Assembly: GCA_964016885.1 (NCBI GenBank)
Contig: OZ024741.1
Location: 111,724,001-111,788,000, forward strand
DNA: 64,000 nucleotides
Direction of reading: 5' to 3'
Source of the DNA: Eledone cirrhosa
Taxonomy: Eukaryota
Positions 16,569-32,764 of the stretch are shown piece by piece. Each line of letters opens with the position of its first letter. The first letter of the stretch is position 1. Both the position numbers and the translations under genes were made by a program. The notes under the pieces were generated by a model. It had not been told where the DNA came from. It saw only the letters and a program-made list of their open reading frames with translations, and ran no database searches.

Positions 16569-17178
16569 TGTGTGTGGCCATAGATGAATCATCGAGAAGC
16601 AGTCGCTAAGATCAACACCTTTTCATCAAAGCAGATATTATTTTACCTACCAAGGCAACGCTGGGTACTGCTGCTAGTATGTATATATAAATAAATATAC
16701 ACGAGTGTGTATGATTGTGTATAGAAGATTATTTTAATAAAAGGAATTCCAACTTTGTCTGATTAACTCGTTTTATTTACAATCCTCTAAAATTATAATG
16801 ATATTATAATGAAATAGTATGGTAGACTATTAAATGTTAATTGAACAAGTACTTTCATGCTTTCACAATCTTCAGGTTCATATTCAGCATGAAAGTACTT
16901 GTTCAATTAACATTTAATAGTCTACCATACTATTTCATTATAATATCATTATAATTTTAAAGGATTGTAAATAAAACGAGTTAATCAGACAAAGTTGGAA
17001 TTCCTTTTATTAAAATAATCTTCTATACACAATCATACACACTCGTGTATATTTATTTATATATACATACTAGCAGCAGTACCCAGCGTTGCCTTGGTAG
17101 GTAAAATAATATCCGCTTTGATGAAAAGGTGTTGATCTTAGCGACTGCTTCTCGATGATTCATCTATGGCCACACACA
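16569..17178. mobile_element. 610-bp near-perfect palindrome: HHR family A element plus inverted copy of the adjacent Helitron end
   Basis: Arms 16569-16860 / 16887-17178; HHR motif 16842-16880 (-) TGAAC CTGAAGA TTGT-GAAA-GCAT GAAA GTAC TT GTTCA. Confidence 0.85.
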
Positions 17179-18038
17179 GGCCATGCGGGGGAGGGTGGTG
17201 ATGACCTCTATCACTGAGAAATGCGGGTGGCTGACGAAGGGGCATGCTGGGGGAGGGAGGTCATGACCTCTAACACTAAGCCAAATTTCCTAACGCTACT
17301 TGATTGGAAACCGATGAATTCTCAAATACACAACTAAAGGCTCAGACGACGTCAGTGGCCATCGTTTTGCCTTTGACCATCTATAAGATGTGCAATGATA
17401 GGTTCTATCGTAGTATAAAAGTTGAACCAAATAAATTGATTTATGTGTGAGGTGGAGCCTAAGTTTCGAATTTGAACGAAATCGGTTGAAAAATGTGGGA
17501 GCTAGAGCCGAAAAGGCGGAAATTTGAGCGAAATGGTGGTATTTTCGAATATTTAAGCGGCTGCCACGCCGTTCCTGAACAACAAATCCAAAATGTAAAT
17601 CCACTTTAAGACGTGAAATAATCAGATCTAGCGTAGTGTAAAATTTGAACAAGTAGGTTGATTAATGTGGGAGCTAGAGCCGAAAAAGTGGAAATTTGAG
17701 TCTAAAAGTGGTATTTTTGAATATTTAAGCGGCTACCACGCCGTCCCTGAAAAACAAATGCAAAATATAAAGCCATTATAGGATGTACAATGATAAATTC
17801 TATTTTGCTTTAAAATTTGAACGAAATCGGTGGCAAAATGTGGGAGCTAGAGCCAAAAATCTTATTTTTATCTGCAGAATGACCCAGGAATAAAAAAACG
17901 ATACGCTGATACATAGAAAACACTCCCCGATGACTAATCTATGAGCCTGTAAAGTTTCATGAAAATCGGTCGTAAGATGTAGGCCCCTATAGGTAATACA
18001 CAGACACACACACATACTTAATTTTATATATATACAGA
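17070..18038 (-). mobile_element. non-autonomous Helitron with internal subrepeats
   Basis: Minus-strand 5' TCTGTATATATATAAAA and 3' ...CTGCTGCTAG; three AATGTGGGAGCTAGAGCC subrepeats. Confidence 0.65.
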
Positions 18039-18208
18039 TATATTTGTACGCGCGCGCGCGTGTGTGTGTGTCTGTGTGTGTGTGCGTGTATGTGTGTGTG
18101 TGTATGTATGTGTGTGTGCGTGAGTATATTCATTCATTAGGTTCCTATGGCTCTGTTATGGTCAGAAACACACTCTTACAGCTTATACAGACCACCACCA
18201 CCAACAAC

Positions 18209-18295
<87 letters not shown>

Positions 18296-19369
18296 ACATG
18301 TTCTATATACAAAGCGATTTTTTTTCTTTTTCAACTAGACGCGTTTGATCGCCACCTTTTAAAACAAGATCAGTGATCTCTCAATTCGGAGAAGTAGCGG
18401 CTCAGAGCGATTCTCTGATCTCCGAGCCAAGCACTCTATCGAATAACATTACTCCAAAGACCCTTCGGAGAAACCCCATTTCGACTGCTTGTATTCGCGT
18501 GAATTACTTGGGTTGATATGATCAATTAAATCAATGCGGTGGTATAACAGCATGGCCGCAGTCTAACGACTGAAACCAGAATGGAAAGAATATAAGAATA
18601 AATTTTTTTGAAATATTGTTAAACGGGGAAAAAAATCACGATGAAATGAAAAGTTGCCAAAAGTGCCGTGGGATATGTTTGAAGAAGCAGTAAATAAATG
18701 AAATGAACGGTTTCATGATCACTGCAGTTATATGTTAAACCACTGGAAATATTTTCATATCGCAACACATTAAAATGTTTAACATGTCAGATACCACCCA
18801 CAACACAAACACATAGACAAACACGCACACACACTTCTCTTCAGCGCCATTCTTTTTCTTCACCTCTTTCGTTTTTTGCTTTCCCACTTCTCCTCATCAT
18901 CTTCTTCTTCTTCTTCTTCTTCCTCTTTTTCTTCTTCTTCCTCCTCCGCCTCTCAATTATTCTCTTTATTTTTCTTCTTCCTCCCCTACCTTCCTCCTCC
19001 TCCTCTCAATTATTCTCTTTATTTTTCTTCTTCCTCCCCTACCTTCTCCACACCCCTTTATTCTATTTTCTTTTCTTCCTATACGCTCCTTCCTTCTTTT
19101 CTTCCCCCTCCCCTCTTCATTTATTTTCTTTGTCTTTTTTGTCTCTATTTCCTTCGTTTTCGTCTATCATTTGAAGGCAACAGCTAAAGAAATAGAATTT
19201 ACACCAATTAGCAGAACCACCACTAACATTACCAGCACCAGAAGTAACAGCGGCACCCACAACACCACAGCTAAAATTTGTTATTGTCGCTTCGGTTGAA
19301 ACGATCAAATAGAATTGTTGTTCAACTCCACTTAAAAAGAGAACAATTTCAAACAAAAACAAACATATA

Positions 19370-20495
19370 CATGGTTGCTTAGTTCTTTGAGGAGATTTGC
19401 ATGAATTTAGTCAAAGACGCATAAATCATGTTAAAAGAGCTTTATTTGAGACAAAATAGGCATGAATAATTTTGAGACACGTCGTGACGTATCTACTTAA
19501 TTAATTCGCCGTTAGCATCGATGAGTGCTTTAATAAGAGGTCTGAAACGTTAACATGCTCAACTAAGATGATCTTTATTATTTTCTACATTGTGCTAGTT
19601 ATGGCGGACTTCAGAGACTTTATTATTACGGGGCATTGGTTGACTTTTTTCTCGTAGTAGTCCAACGGATTGAGGTATGGAGAGCTAGGAGGCCATATGT
19701 TTAGACTGACGTGATTGTAACTCATCCATTTGGGGATCGTCTTCACCTTATTAGTCAGTGTAGTCGTGTTCGTAGGCGTACGGTCTTCCTTTGCTCACGC
19801 TCTCTATATAAGGTCTCACAAACCTTTCCAACACCTCTTTATAGTCAGCAGTATCTACCCTTTAGCCGTGAGGAAAGTAGTGAGGAACCATGACATCTCC
19901 CTCGTTGCTAACGACTCCAAGAATCCTCACAGTTGCTGGTAACTTTGTGTGTATGACTAATAGAACATATTTAGCGTCTCCGAATAACCATCTGTCATTC
20001 TTTTGGTTGGCCTTTTGGTTCTAATCCAAGGTCTTCTTATCAAATGAAAACCAAAGTATTCCAGTCTATTGATGTGTTAACTTGCCCAATAAGCGCTTTG
20101 CGCGGATCAGACGGTTATCGTTTGTCTTTACATACATAAATTGACCTCTCTGCATCACATATGGCATGTAACGGTCATCATGTACAATTCTTCTGATAGT
20201 ATACAATAGAGATCCTAAATAATGGTGTTAATTGACTTATTGGGGTTCTTATCGATAGTTTTTCCCGTCAGCTCTTTGTGAATTTTGAAAACAAACGAGC
20301 GTGCAACTCTCTGGAAGCGAACAATTTCTGAATCACTCTATTCTGCCTTTAAGTTAACGATTACAGCGTGCCTTTTCATTTGGTGAGTTAGCTTGAGGTT
20401 TGTCATCATTTATTTGAAAAGAAGTGATAATCAAACCAAATTAGAAAAACGTTAGAGCTACTAAAGAACGTGTCCTCAAAGAACTGAGTTATCCT

Positions 20496-20496
<1 letters not shown>
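19370..20496 (-). mobile_element. degraded Tc1/mariner-superfamily transposon (maT/DD37D-like)
   Basis: Imperfect TIRs containing AGTTCTTTGAGGA with flanking TA; minus strand encodes an HTH-like start MMTNLKLTHQMKRHAVIV, LGVVSNEGDVM and WPPSSPYLNPLDYY. Confidence 0.75.
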
Positions 20497-20558
<62 letters not shown>

Positions 20559-20682
20559 CATATACATATATATATATATATATGCATATATATAGATGTA
20601 TATATGTATGTATACATGTGCGCGCGTGTGTGTAATAATATATATATATATATAATATATATATATATAATGTATATATATT

Positions 20683-20716
<34 letters not shown>

Positions 20717-20829
20717 ATATATATATATATAATGTATATATATTATATATATATAATATATATATATATATAATATATATATATACGTGGAGAGATATAT
20801 AAAGAACAAACCGTTAAAACATGTTTTTT

Positions 20830-20863
<34 letters not shown>

Positions 20864-21111
20864 TATATGCAAAAGTTCTATTTAAATTGTTGGGATACAA
20901 CAAGCAAATATTTTTATAACTGATATAAAGAACTCAACAAATATTTGGAGTAAACATACGATATTAACAAATGGAAACTATATTTATAAAACCATATTTA
21001 TTTCATTATACATATTTCAAGGACACAAAGTTAAATTTAACTTGGTGTCCTTGAAATATGTATAATGAAATAAATATGGTTGTATAAATATAGTTTCCAT
21101 TTGTTAATATC

Positions 21112-21166
<55 letters not shown>

Positions 21167-21243
21167 GATATATATGCATATGTATATATATATATATGTA
21201 TAAATATATATACATATATATGTATAAATATGTATAATATACA

Positions 21244-21283
<40 letters not shown>

Positions 21284-21518
21284 CACATATACCTATATGT
21301 ACACGTATGTGTGCATGGGTGTTTGTCTGCTGTGTGTGTAATGGTTGATATTTTAATATTATTTGTAAATCATTCTGCATAAAAATTTTATAACTATCAA
21401 CGGCATTTTCCCTCCCTTTTCCTCCCCTTCATTATCGTTCTCGACGTCGTCGCCTTCGTCTACCTCCTCCTCCTCCTTCTTCTTCTCCTCCTCCTCCTCC
21501 TCCTCCTCCTCCTCCTCC

Positions 21519-21567
<49 letters not shown>

Positions 21568-21932
21568 AAACAACAGAATCAATTACCAGTCACTAATATC
21601 ATGACCATCGTTATAATTGCCACCGTCATCATCATCATCATCATCATCGTGATTATCATCATCATCATCCACCCCCCCACCACCAACGCCACCACCAACG
21701 CCACCACCACCGCCACCACCACCACCACCGCCACCACGTCTGTTATACTCACTAAGATGCAATTATAGACAAATGGAATGGTTTAAATATAATTTCCTTA
21801 CCTGTCTTTCACCCAAGTAGCACAGACATTATTTTTAAATTGTATGTAGGCGTATTGTATGGGATGTTGATATGTTTATATATGTATACATATGTGTCTG
21901 CGTGTCTGCATATCTATACATGTGTAGATATA

Positions 21933-21978
<46 letters not shown>

Positions 21979-22063
21979 CACACAGAGACACACACACACA
22001 CACATATATCTATATATATATGCACATATATCTACACATGCATACATATGCATGTATATATAT

Positions 22064-22127
<64 letters not shown>

Positions 22128-22142
22128 ATATATATATATGTT

Positions 22143-22184
<42 letters not shown>

Positions 22185-22289
22185 TATATACTGTATATAC
22201 GTACATGTGTGTGTGTCTATTTGTGTGTATGTATGCGCATGTGTATATGTAGAGATATATGTATATGTATACATGCGAGTATGTGTGTG

Positions 22290-22329
<40 letters not shown>

Positions 22330-22935
22330 AGAGAGGACAGAGAGGTGAGTAAGAAAGGCAGAGAGAGTGAGAGAGTGGAGGGAGAGTGGGATATAAAGAA
22401 TGAGAGCCATAATGTATGTGTGTGTGTGTGTGTGTGTGTGAGTGTATGCTTTTATGTGTGTGTGAGATAAAGAGAGGGACAGCTGATGTATGTGTGTGGG
22501 TGATGTACGTGTGTATGGCTATTGCAGAGGAAAAGAGTGAGTGCATGAGAAAGAAAGAGAGTGTTAGTGAGACTGTCAATGTATGTATATGAGATAAGTA
22601 TGTGTAGATGTATGCGTCTGTGTGAGTGTGTGTGTAAGTGTGTATGTATGCGTGTTTTTATTTTATTATCCTCTAAATTTATACACCACCTTCAGCATTA
22701 TCGCAATAATTGTTAAAGACTTCAAAATCAGTGCCGCTTACAACACCACTACCAACCCATCCCAATACTGCTACCAACACCTTTACCAGTATCACTAACA
22801 ACACTGCCATCCCATAGCCACTGCGAAAACCACTACCAGCACTATTACCGACACTACCAACACACTATATATATATGGAATGGCAGTGACAACACATGCA
22901 CAAACACACACACACTCACACGTACATACACATAC

Positions 22936-23050
<115 letters not shown>

Positions 23051-23499
23051 CATATAAAGAACCCATTCGGTCATGAGTGACCATAGGTTTTTGTGCAAGA
23101 CTTATTGTCGCTCACGCATATCAGTCTTTTCTCTCCACGCCATCAATGTTTTTCAAAGGAAAGGCAAAAGCCGATACAGCTTGGCACCTGTGAAGTCACA
23201 ACTTGTCGTTTGAGCTGAGTGAACTGGAGCAACGTGAAATAAAGTCCCTTACTCAAGGATATATCATATCTCTCGGTCTGTGTATCGAATACACAACCTC
23301 ACTAAGCCAGTGGATATATCATACGGGGGTTATATATCCCATGGATATATAACTCCCATAACATTGAACTTTTTCACTCGGGTTGAGCCATTGTTAAAAG
23401 GACGGTTTTGCTTGCGTGTGGAGGTAAATTTTGTCTATATTTGTAGGTAAATTCTGATGGCATATCTAGTAAGGCCTTAGATATCGAGGGATATCAAAC

Positions 23500-24170
23500 T
23501 AGGTGAACTTACCCCTGTTTTTGTTGTTAAAGTCATTGAACCAGTTAAGTACAATACAGCTATTATGCCTGTCTTTTAACAATGGCTCCGAGGAATTAGC
23601 TGCGTTGTTGAGCCTACGAATTGAGCTATTGGTAAATTTAATTTATGTAGAACGTTTCCCTACTGACGTGTTTGTGTTATGTGAAAAGTGATCTATGTAA
23701 AAAGGGAAGTTTTGTTGTGTCTAGTCAAGCATTCATAGATTTAAATCGTAAAAAAAAAACCATTTTCATCGTTATATCTAATCAGAAAAGCAGGTTCTTT
23801 CAATTGAAATAATTATAAGAAAGAATATTTAGTTATTGAAATACTTGCCAACATTTGAACTTAATCATATGAGGCAGTGAAAAAGATACTATCAAATTTT
23901 TAACCTTGCTAACTACTCTTTATCTCTTTGGAGAAAGACCTTAAGAAGAACTGTCGACTGGACCGTAATTTTAGTTGGACAGAAAATATAAACCAACGAT
24001 TCTTCGCGAGAAAGCTAATATCATCATATGTTAGCCAATTGTGTATCTCATAATGGTGCTCGTTGTCGGGAAAATTTAGTGTCTGTTGATCATCAGAATA
24101 TCGATATTGGGCATTGAATTTCTTTGTTGAAGACATTAAGTTCAAAGTAGTTTCAAATAACTCCCATATG
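23500..24170 (-). pseudogene. highly degraded PLE-type reverse transcriptase fragment
   Basis: KKFNAQYRYSDDQQTLNFP resembles the RYIDD..LNNP catalytic region. Confidence 0.45.
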
Positions 24171-24282
24171 AAAACAATATAATTACTTCACACAGTAGCA
24201 AACATTAAGATATTCCAGATGTTACATTTTATATACAAAGACACACGCACACGCACATACGCAACACGCATGCGCAAACTCA

Positions 24283-24413
<131 letters not shown>

Positions 24414-24809
24414 CTCTATATATATATTAGCATAGTACCCGTCAAAATTGGTGGGGTGTAAAGTTATATTCTATAATTCCTTGATTACAAAATCCAGTGT
24501 GAAGCAGCTTGAATCATCTAGTTTTCCTCGAACTTGTTGTTATTGTTGTTGCTGTTGTTGTTGCTGTTGTTGTTGCTGTTGTTGTCGTTGTTGTCGTTGT
24601 CGTCGTTATCGTCGTTGTTGTTGTTGTTGTTGTTGTTCTTCTTCTTCTTCTTCTTCTTCCATGTATTTTCAATAAAATTAAACATTATTATTGACTTTGC
24701 CTTCCCTCCTGCTGAGTGTGATATAGTATCAGCCAAGTAGTGAGGTTTAAATAATCGACTTTGCCAAATCCTCCGATCCCTTGTCTTCTACCTACGCTAG
24801 AAACCCTAG

Positions 24810-25243
24810 TTATTGACTCCGGCGCTTTACATTCTGAGCTCATAGCCTGCTGAGGTCGAATTTTATTTTACGTTTTCGCGGTTGATAAAAAAAAGTACCA
24901 GTCATGAACTGCGGTCCATATAATCGACTAAATTATCCGCTAAAGTTTTGGCGTTGTACCAACATTAGAAAGAATTATTATAATAATTATCATCCTAGGC
25001 AAAGCATGGCTATGATTAAGGATTTTGCTTAGTAATTTAAATCAATAATTTCCTTTTATATTCATTTAAATCAATTACACTATTTTTCATTTATATTTTC
25101 TTTAATCATTATTAAACATATATCCGTGTTAACTTTGCCTTTCATCCTTACGGGGTCGATTAAATAAAAGTACCAGTAATGTATTGGTTAATTGCTGGCC
25201 TTGTGCCAAAAGTAGAAACAATTATTAAACATATATCCGTGTT
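24810..25243 (+). mobile_element. two SINE copies (24810-24980 diverged; 25128-25227 truncated)
   Basis: Second copy flanked by direct repeat ATTATTAAACATATATCCGTGTT. Confidence 0.75.
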
Positions 25244-25410
25244 CTCAAAAAGTATTTTCTACAACGTTGTTAGTTACAGAAAATATGAAGAAATATTTAA
25301 AAATTTTCTTCATCGGTTCGATACACTGATTCATTTATACACATATACATAGACACAAACATACATGCATAATACAAACATACGTGTATGGATACTGGGG
25401 AATATATAAA

Positions 25411-26032
<622 letters not shown>

Positions 26033-26202
26033 TCATATATTATGAATTCTACTCAATACAGTTGGTTTATATATACATTTAAATATGCATATGTATATAA
26101 ATATGTACACACAAACACAAACACACACACACCTATATATATATACTATTTTACTCTTTTACCTGTTCCAGCGATCCGGCTGAGGCCATGCATATATATA
26201 TG

Positions 26203-26237
<35 letters not shown>

Positions 26238-26889
26238 GTCAATCATTGTAAGTTTGAATCTAACTGACATGGAAAAACATATATATATGAATAAAGTAAG
26301 CGCAAATCGTAGTAGATTCAAATATCATAGGGAGAAAGAGACAGAGAGAGAGAGGGGGGTGGAAATGAGGTACAACAGAAGTGAAACACGGTTTACAAGT
26401 TAAAACGTAGTCTAGATACATGAGAAACAAAACGAGGATGTAATTTATGGAACACCCAAATGATTTAGAAGTCGACCTTAAGTAGGAGCAATAACATTAA
26501 GAAAGTCATGAACGACACCACAGCACTTTGTTTTGAAAATTTTGAAAGTAGGTTTATAAGTATGCATTTTCATAAGACTTTCGTAGTTGCCTCAATGGAC
26601 TAGCGGTAGATACTAGAGACAGTGGAGATACTGGACTTGGGTTCAATCCTGGTTAAGAGGTACATTTAAACTTTTTCAGTATCTATTTTACAACCAATAG
26701 AAAAAAATTGAAAAGGTTTACCGGGAACCCTACTCCCGACCATGATCGAACTTCAGACCAGGATCACGACCGGGTATGATTCCTCCCACTAGCCCACCGA
26801 GACAGCTACAAAAGTATATAATTCTATATGTAGGTGGACCCCCTTCATCCCCTGGCAATCAATATTTTTAGACCCAGTCCGTCACTGTA

Positions 26890-26922
<33 letters not shown>

Positions 26923-27262
26923 GTGTGTGTGTGTACATTAGATATATTATACATATGTTTGCCTGTATAAGTATGTATCCATGAAATTGTGTGTGTATAC
27001 ATGTATATGTGAATATATATGAACAACAACAAACAAACTTTCTAATGTTTATGTTTTTACCAACATTCTATGCAATATACGGACATAGGCAGCTTTTGAA
27101 TAGCGCAGGAGTTTATAGAACCAATTGCTTGTATAATATGCAGGCCCACTGTATATTCATTCAATAAAATTCGAATGTCTCTATCGTCTCTGCTAAAAAT
27201 ATTTCCATGAGATATAATTTTGTTTAGCTGCTAACTACAAATAATTGTATTTCCTAAAATAT

Positions 27263-27695
27263 AATATTTTCTACATTTGGCACAAGGCCAGCAATTTGAA
27301 GGTGGGGAGTCGATTAAATCGACCCCAGTGTGTTACTGGTGCTTTATTTTATCGACCTCGTAAGGATGAAAGGCAAAGCTAACCTCGGCGGGATTTGAAC
27401 TCAGAACGTAAAGTGCCATAACTCTATGCTGCAAAGCATGTTCTCTGACACTCTACCGATACTGCCAATCCACTGTCCGTTTTTTCTAATATATGATGAT
27501 TTCTATTTTTGGCACTAGGTAAAAAATAAAAAAAAATAGGTGAAAGTTGATTATATCGATCCCAGTAATTTATTAATCCCAGAAGGATGAAAGACAAAGT
27601 TGCTATCGGCAATATTTGAACTCAGAACCTAAAGAGCCACAAATAAATGCTGCAAAGCATTTTTCCAGGCACTCCAATGATTCTGCCTATCCACT
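27263..27695 (-). mobile_element. two tandem SINE copies
   Basis: Family consensus at 27263-27473; diverged copy at 27495-27695. Confidence 0.8.
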
Positions 27696-28298
27696 ATCCT
27701 CATTTCCCCAAATATAATGCAACCCGTTCAGTAGGACCTCAATTGTTGACGGATGAGCTATATATCTGTTGTTATTGTTTAACCCAAGTGAGTTCCGATC
27801 AAATAAATGTATGACCATATGATTCCTCCCTAACCATCACGTCGTTATATAAATCTATGATTACATTGACTTATGTGTCATTCCATGTTTATGATTATAA
27901 GGTACGATTTCAGGGAAAATTGTCATCTATTTCTAGCAGGACGAGTGACCACGTAGAAGTTTCCTCATAGGTTCACGTTGTTATTGAGTATAATGATGGT
28001 GATGATAATGAGGAGGAGAAGGATGACCACAATGTCAATGATGATGATAAGGGTGTTCTCGATATTTTTAAAAGACAAGCTAGAAAGCTGTTTTGCAATG
28101 TGTTGAGATCGATTGATTTGAATCAATATATTATATGACTTATCCACCCAGGTGTGAAGAAATATAATAGGCCCCTATTTGGAAATTAGTACCAAATAAT
28201 ATGATGAAATGACATGATTTATGAAGTTTGTTATCCCGCTCTCTACTCTGTCCCTCTGCCTCTCTCTCTCTATTCACACACACACATCCCCCCACACA

Positions 28299-28437
<139 letters not shown>

Positions 28438-28786
28438 ACACCCACACACACACCCACACACACATATACACATTGTTCCGATTATATCTACCTTTTTCTT
28501 TCGTTGCAACTCACGTATCATCTGTATCTTCAAGTTGGATACAAGATAAACCTCTCATGCTTTAGGATTGTAGCGACAATTACAACATTTCATCATGTCA
28601 ACCGTTCGTTCATCCAACGTAGCCAGAAGCGTAGACAGAACTGGGAATCGAATATTTCATAGACCAGGAATCGTTAATTTAATTGGTCGGTCGATCATTA
28701 CATATCATCCTTGAATTGAGGAGATTACTGCTATATCACATACATACATACATGCAAACAGACAGACAGACATAAATATATATATG

Positions 28787-28854
<68 letters not shown>

Positions 28855-28896
28855 AGAGAGTATTGAAGTTTGATTGAAGCATTGTGGAATAATAAG

Positions 28897-29068
28897 ATTT
28901 ATTTTCTTTTGGTCGTTTTGGAAGCCTCAACAATGCAGATGGGTAATTCTCCGGGTAACAGGATCCGGTGGTGAAGAGAGAGATGTAAGAAAATCTCTTC
29001 ATCACCGGACCCGGAGAATTACCCATCTGCATTGTTGAGGCTTCCAAAACGACCAAAAGAAAATAAAT
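28897..29068. repeat. fold-back palindrome between microsatellites, no clear HHR
   Basis: 60-bp outer arms plus inner hairpin TCCGGTGGTGAAGAGA / TCTCTTCATCACCGGA. Confidence 0.8.
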
Positions 29069-29076
29069 ATATATAT

Positions 29077-29155
<79 letters not shown>

Positions 29156-29629
29156 GATACCAATATGTGTGTGGATTCCCGATGTATATCGGGAGGTGAC
29201 CACACACACACACACACACATATATATATGTGCGTATGTGTATCGGTAAACAATATCTCTGTAAACTAACAGCGTAACCAGCCTTCCAATTAATTGAGGG
29301 AAAATATTCCATGTAATTGTGCTTATATAATCATCTTTTGCAATAGGCATTCAAGTGGAATACTGACAGTTCTTCTAAAAGGTGACATACTTGACATATT
29401 CAGTGCATTTCCAGATTACCCATTAACTTCACTGTCAAAAACAGCCGACTTTTACAAAACAAACAATACAATACAATGGCAACAACAACAAGACAAAAAT
29501 TATAACCTGTGTAAATATTAAATGACATGATGTGACAAAAGAAATACCAAGAGAAAAAATAAGATTCAACTAAATCTCTATATTTCATCATAACTGAACC
29601 CCCCCCCCCCAACAAACAGAACAAATATT

Positions 29630-30430
29630 GTCACAACAATTACCACCACCACCACCACCACCACTGCCGGCACCAGCACCAGCACCAACACCACCGCCAC
29701 CACTAGTATCAATACCAATCGCAGCACTAGCAGCAGCAGCATCAGCATCACGACCACCAACATCATGATGATGATCATCATCATCAGCAGCACCACCACC
29801 ACCATCACCACCACCACCAGCATAAGTACCAATCGCAGCACAAGCAGCAGCAACACCACCACCACCACCGGCACCATTACCACCACCACCGGCACCACCA
29901 CCCCGGCGCCATCACCCTCACCACCACCATCACCACCACCACCATCCACGGTACCACCACCACCACCAGAAGCATAAGCAGCAGCAGCAGCAGCAGCACC
30001 CTCACAGGCACCAACACCATCACTATCACCAGCAGCTTCAGTACCACCACTACCAGCACCAGCACCACCAGCACCACCAACACTACTACCACTAAAACCA
30101 CTACCATCACCACCACCACCACACTACAATTGCCAGCACTAGTACTACTACCAGTTTCACCACAACCAACACCATCACTACTAACACCACCAGCACCACC
30201 ACAATCACAACCCCTTTCACTGCCATCCATTCACCCATCACTGTTGACAGTCACATAATAATAATCACCATCACTATCACCATAGCTACCACTTCCACTA
30301 CTACTTTCAATTTCCTTCTCTTCCTCATGACTAAAGTTGAAATCGCTAATATCATCATCATCGTCCTCGTCACATTATCATCATCATTGACATCGTCGTT
30401 GTCGTCGTTGTCGCCGTTATCAACGTCACG
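29630..30430. repeat. degenerate (CAC/CAG/CAT)n trinucleotide region
   Basis: Low-complexity composition. Confidence 0.85.
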
Positions 30431-30677
30431 TGAATTTTCTATTTTTTTCATTTCAGTTTGTTATTTGAAGAGAAGTCTTTGAATAACATCACTGAAACAC
30501 ATCAGATAAGAAACCCAAACGTATATAATTTAGTTAAGTGTAAGACCTAGCTTCTGACTAGATAATAGAGTAAAATACCTGGCAATTAGAAAAACCCATA
30601 ACACGTTAAAATATCAGCAAGATAATTTTTAAACGTATAACCCCAAATACTGACATATTAGCACTAAAAGTGAATTC

Positions 30678-30716
<39 letters not shown>

Positions 30717-31278
30717 TTATATATGAATAAAATTCGAACAGAAGATAAGGCGTCCGTCTTCCAGCCGTCGTTGGTATTTCTTCGCATTAAAGATCATATT
30801 GGCTGGTGCGAGCAATAACTAACAAAAAGTTATTGGGATACTAGAATAGGGTGAAGCGAGCGTGGCATGTAAACAAACAGAGATGGTAATGTAACGGAAA
30901 GAGAGGAAGGGGGGAAAACAAGTCCGTGATATCTGTGAACTTAGGTTCGATCAAATCACGGACGAACGACATAGACGCGTCCGAGCCATGTGAGATGTAA
31001 GCGAGAAAATGAATTCACACAGGTCAGACGGGAGGAAGTGAGAGAGGGGGAGTAGCAGAGAGTGAGTGAGTGAAAGTGTGAGGAAGAGGCCAGCTGAGAG
31101 AGAGAGAGTGACTGACAGAGGGGTGAAATGAAGGTGAGAGATACAGAGAAAGGGGATAGCAGTAAGAAAGAAACAGACGGGTCACAGCGGAGGGAAAAAT
31201 ATAAATGAAAAATGGCGTGCTGCGCTGTTGCAAATGGGATACATATGAATAAAATTCGAACAGAAGATAAGGCGTCTG

Positions 31279-31313
<35 letters not shown>

Positions 31314-31527
31314 AACGAGTAGGACTTGTAGGACGAGTCGTGCCGGTGGTGGTAATGGTGGTGTTACTGCTGCTTGGGGTCCTACTCCTTCCTATTACCC
31401 ACTCTACCACTCTAAGTATTGAGTACTTTGGTGCGTTATGGTCCACCTGGTTCCTTACCACATTTACTTCGTTATATATATATATATATATATAGCCAGA
31501 GGTATATATATATATATATATAGGCAC

Positions 31528-31593
<66 letters not shown>

Positions 31594-31937
31594 TTGTGTG
31601 TATGTGTGTGTGTGTTATCTTTTTTTGTGTCTATACATTTTAGTAAGCAGCCAAAATTCTGCTTGCTTCAACCGACGCTGTCGTGTGTTTGTGTGCATGT
31701 GTGTGTGTGTGATCTTTTTATGTGTCTACGATTTAGTAAGCATCAAAATTCTGCTTGCCCCAAAGCTGTCGTGTATTTGTGTGAATGTGTGTGTGTGTGT
31801 GTGTGTTATCTTTTTTTGTGTCTATACGTTTTAGTAAGCAGCCAAAATTCTGCTTGCTTCAATCGACGCAATTGATTAACTCAAGATTCTATAACGCATG
31901 CACTGCATGCGTTGCATGCACGGACCCTTCGCCCCTG

Positions 31938-31968
<31 letters not shown>

Positions 31969-32560
31969 TGTATGTATGTATGTATGTATGTGTATATATA
32001 TTCTAAATTCCAACTTTCCTCTTTGGAACAACACTACATTAGTCAATAATTGGTTCAAAGGATAACTATACTTGCAAGTTTACATAACTTGATATTGTAG
32101 AATTCTACCACTCCATATCGAGCCCCTTCTTTCCCAAATCCTAGCTTTCGGTAATAAAGCTATTGTACTTAATGATCATGCATGCTAAAAATCTTTATTC
32201 GCTAAGGAAATACATCTAACGGGGAAATTAGATTACATTTTTATTGTCACTAAAAGTCACGCACTAAACATTTTGTATTTGGCATGCTTCTTCATTAAAA
32301 AAAAAAAGAATTCATACCCACACTTGGACAACACGCTGCAAACCTTCATGCGTACCTTCCCATGTGTTCTTATTGCAAGCTCTCATTACAGAGAACGAAC
32401 AATATACATACATATATATTTACTTCTTTCTCTGAACGAAACTAATAAGACTGTTTTTGCACCACTGAGTATGTTTGTCTTGTTTATTCTTGAACTATAT
32501 ATATATATAATTATATATTATATATATATATGTATGTGTATATATGTATATATATATATA

Positions 32561-32604
<44 letters not shown>

Positions 32605-32764
32605 CAGTCGATCGACAAAAACAAAGACCTCATTCGCTTGACGAGTGGAGTGGGGTTCGTCAAATCGGACCGAGGAAACAATGTTTCCGTGTGTCTATCC
32701 AATTTCTAATACTATCTGCCAGTCGCAAGTTCAGGCAGAAGGATCAATATATATATATATATAT

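Noticed and set aside
29578-30451. Thr/Pro- or Val-rich mucin-like ORFs
   Set aside because: Degenerate trinucleotide repeats with no splice or domain evidence
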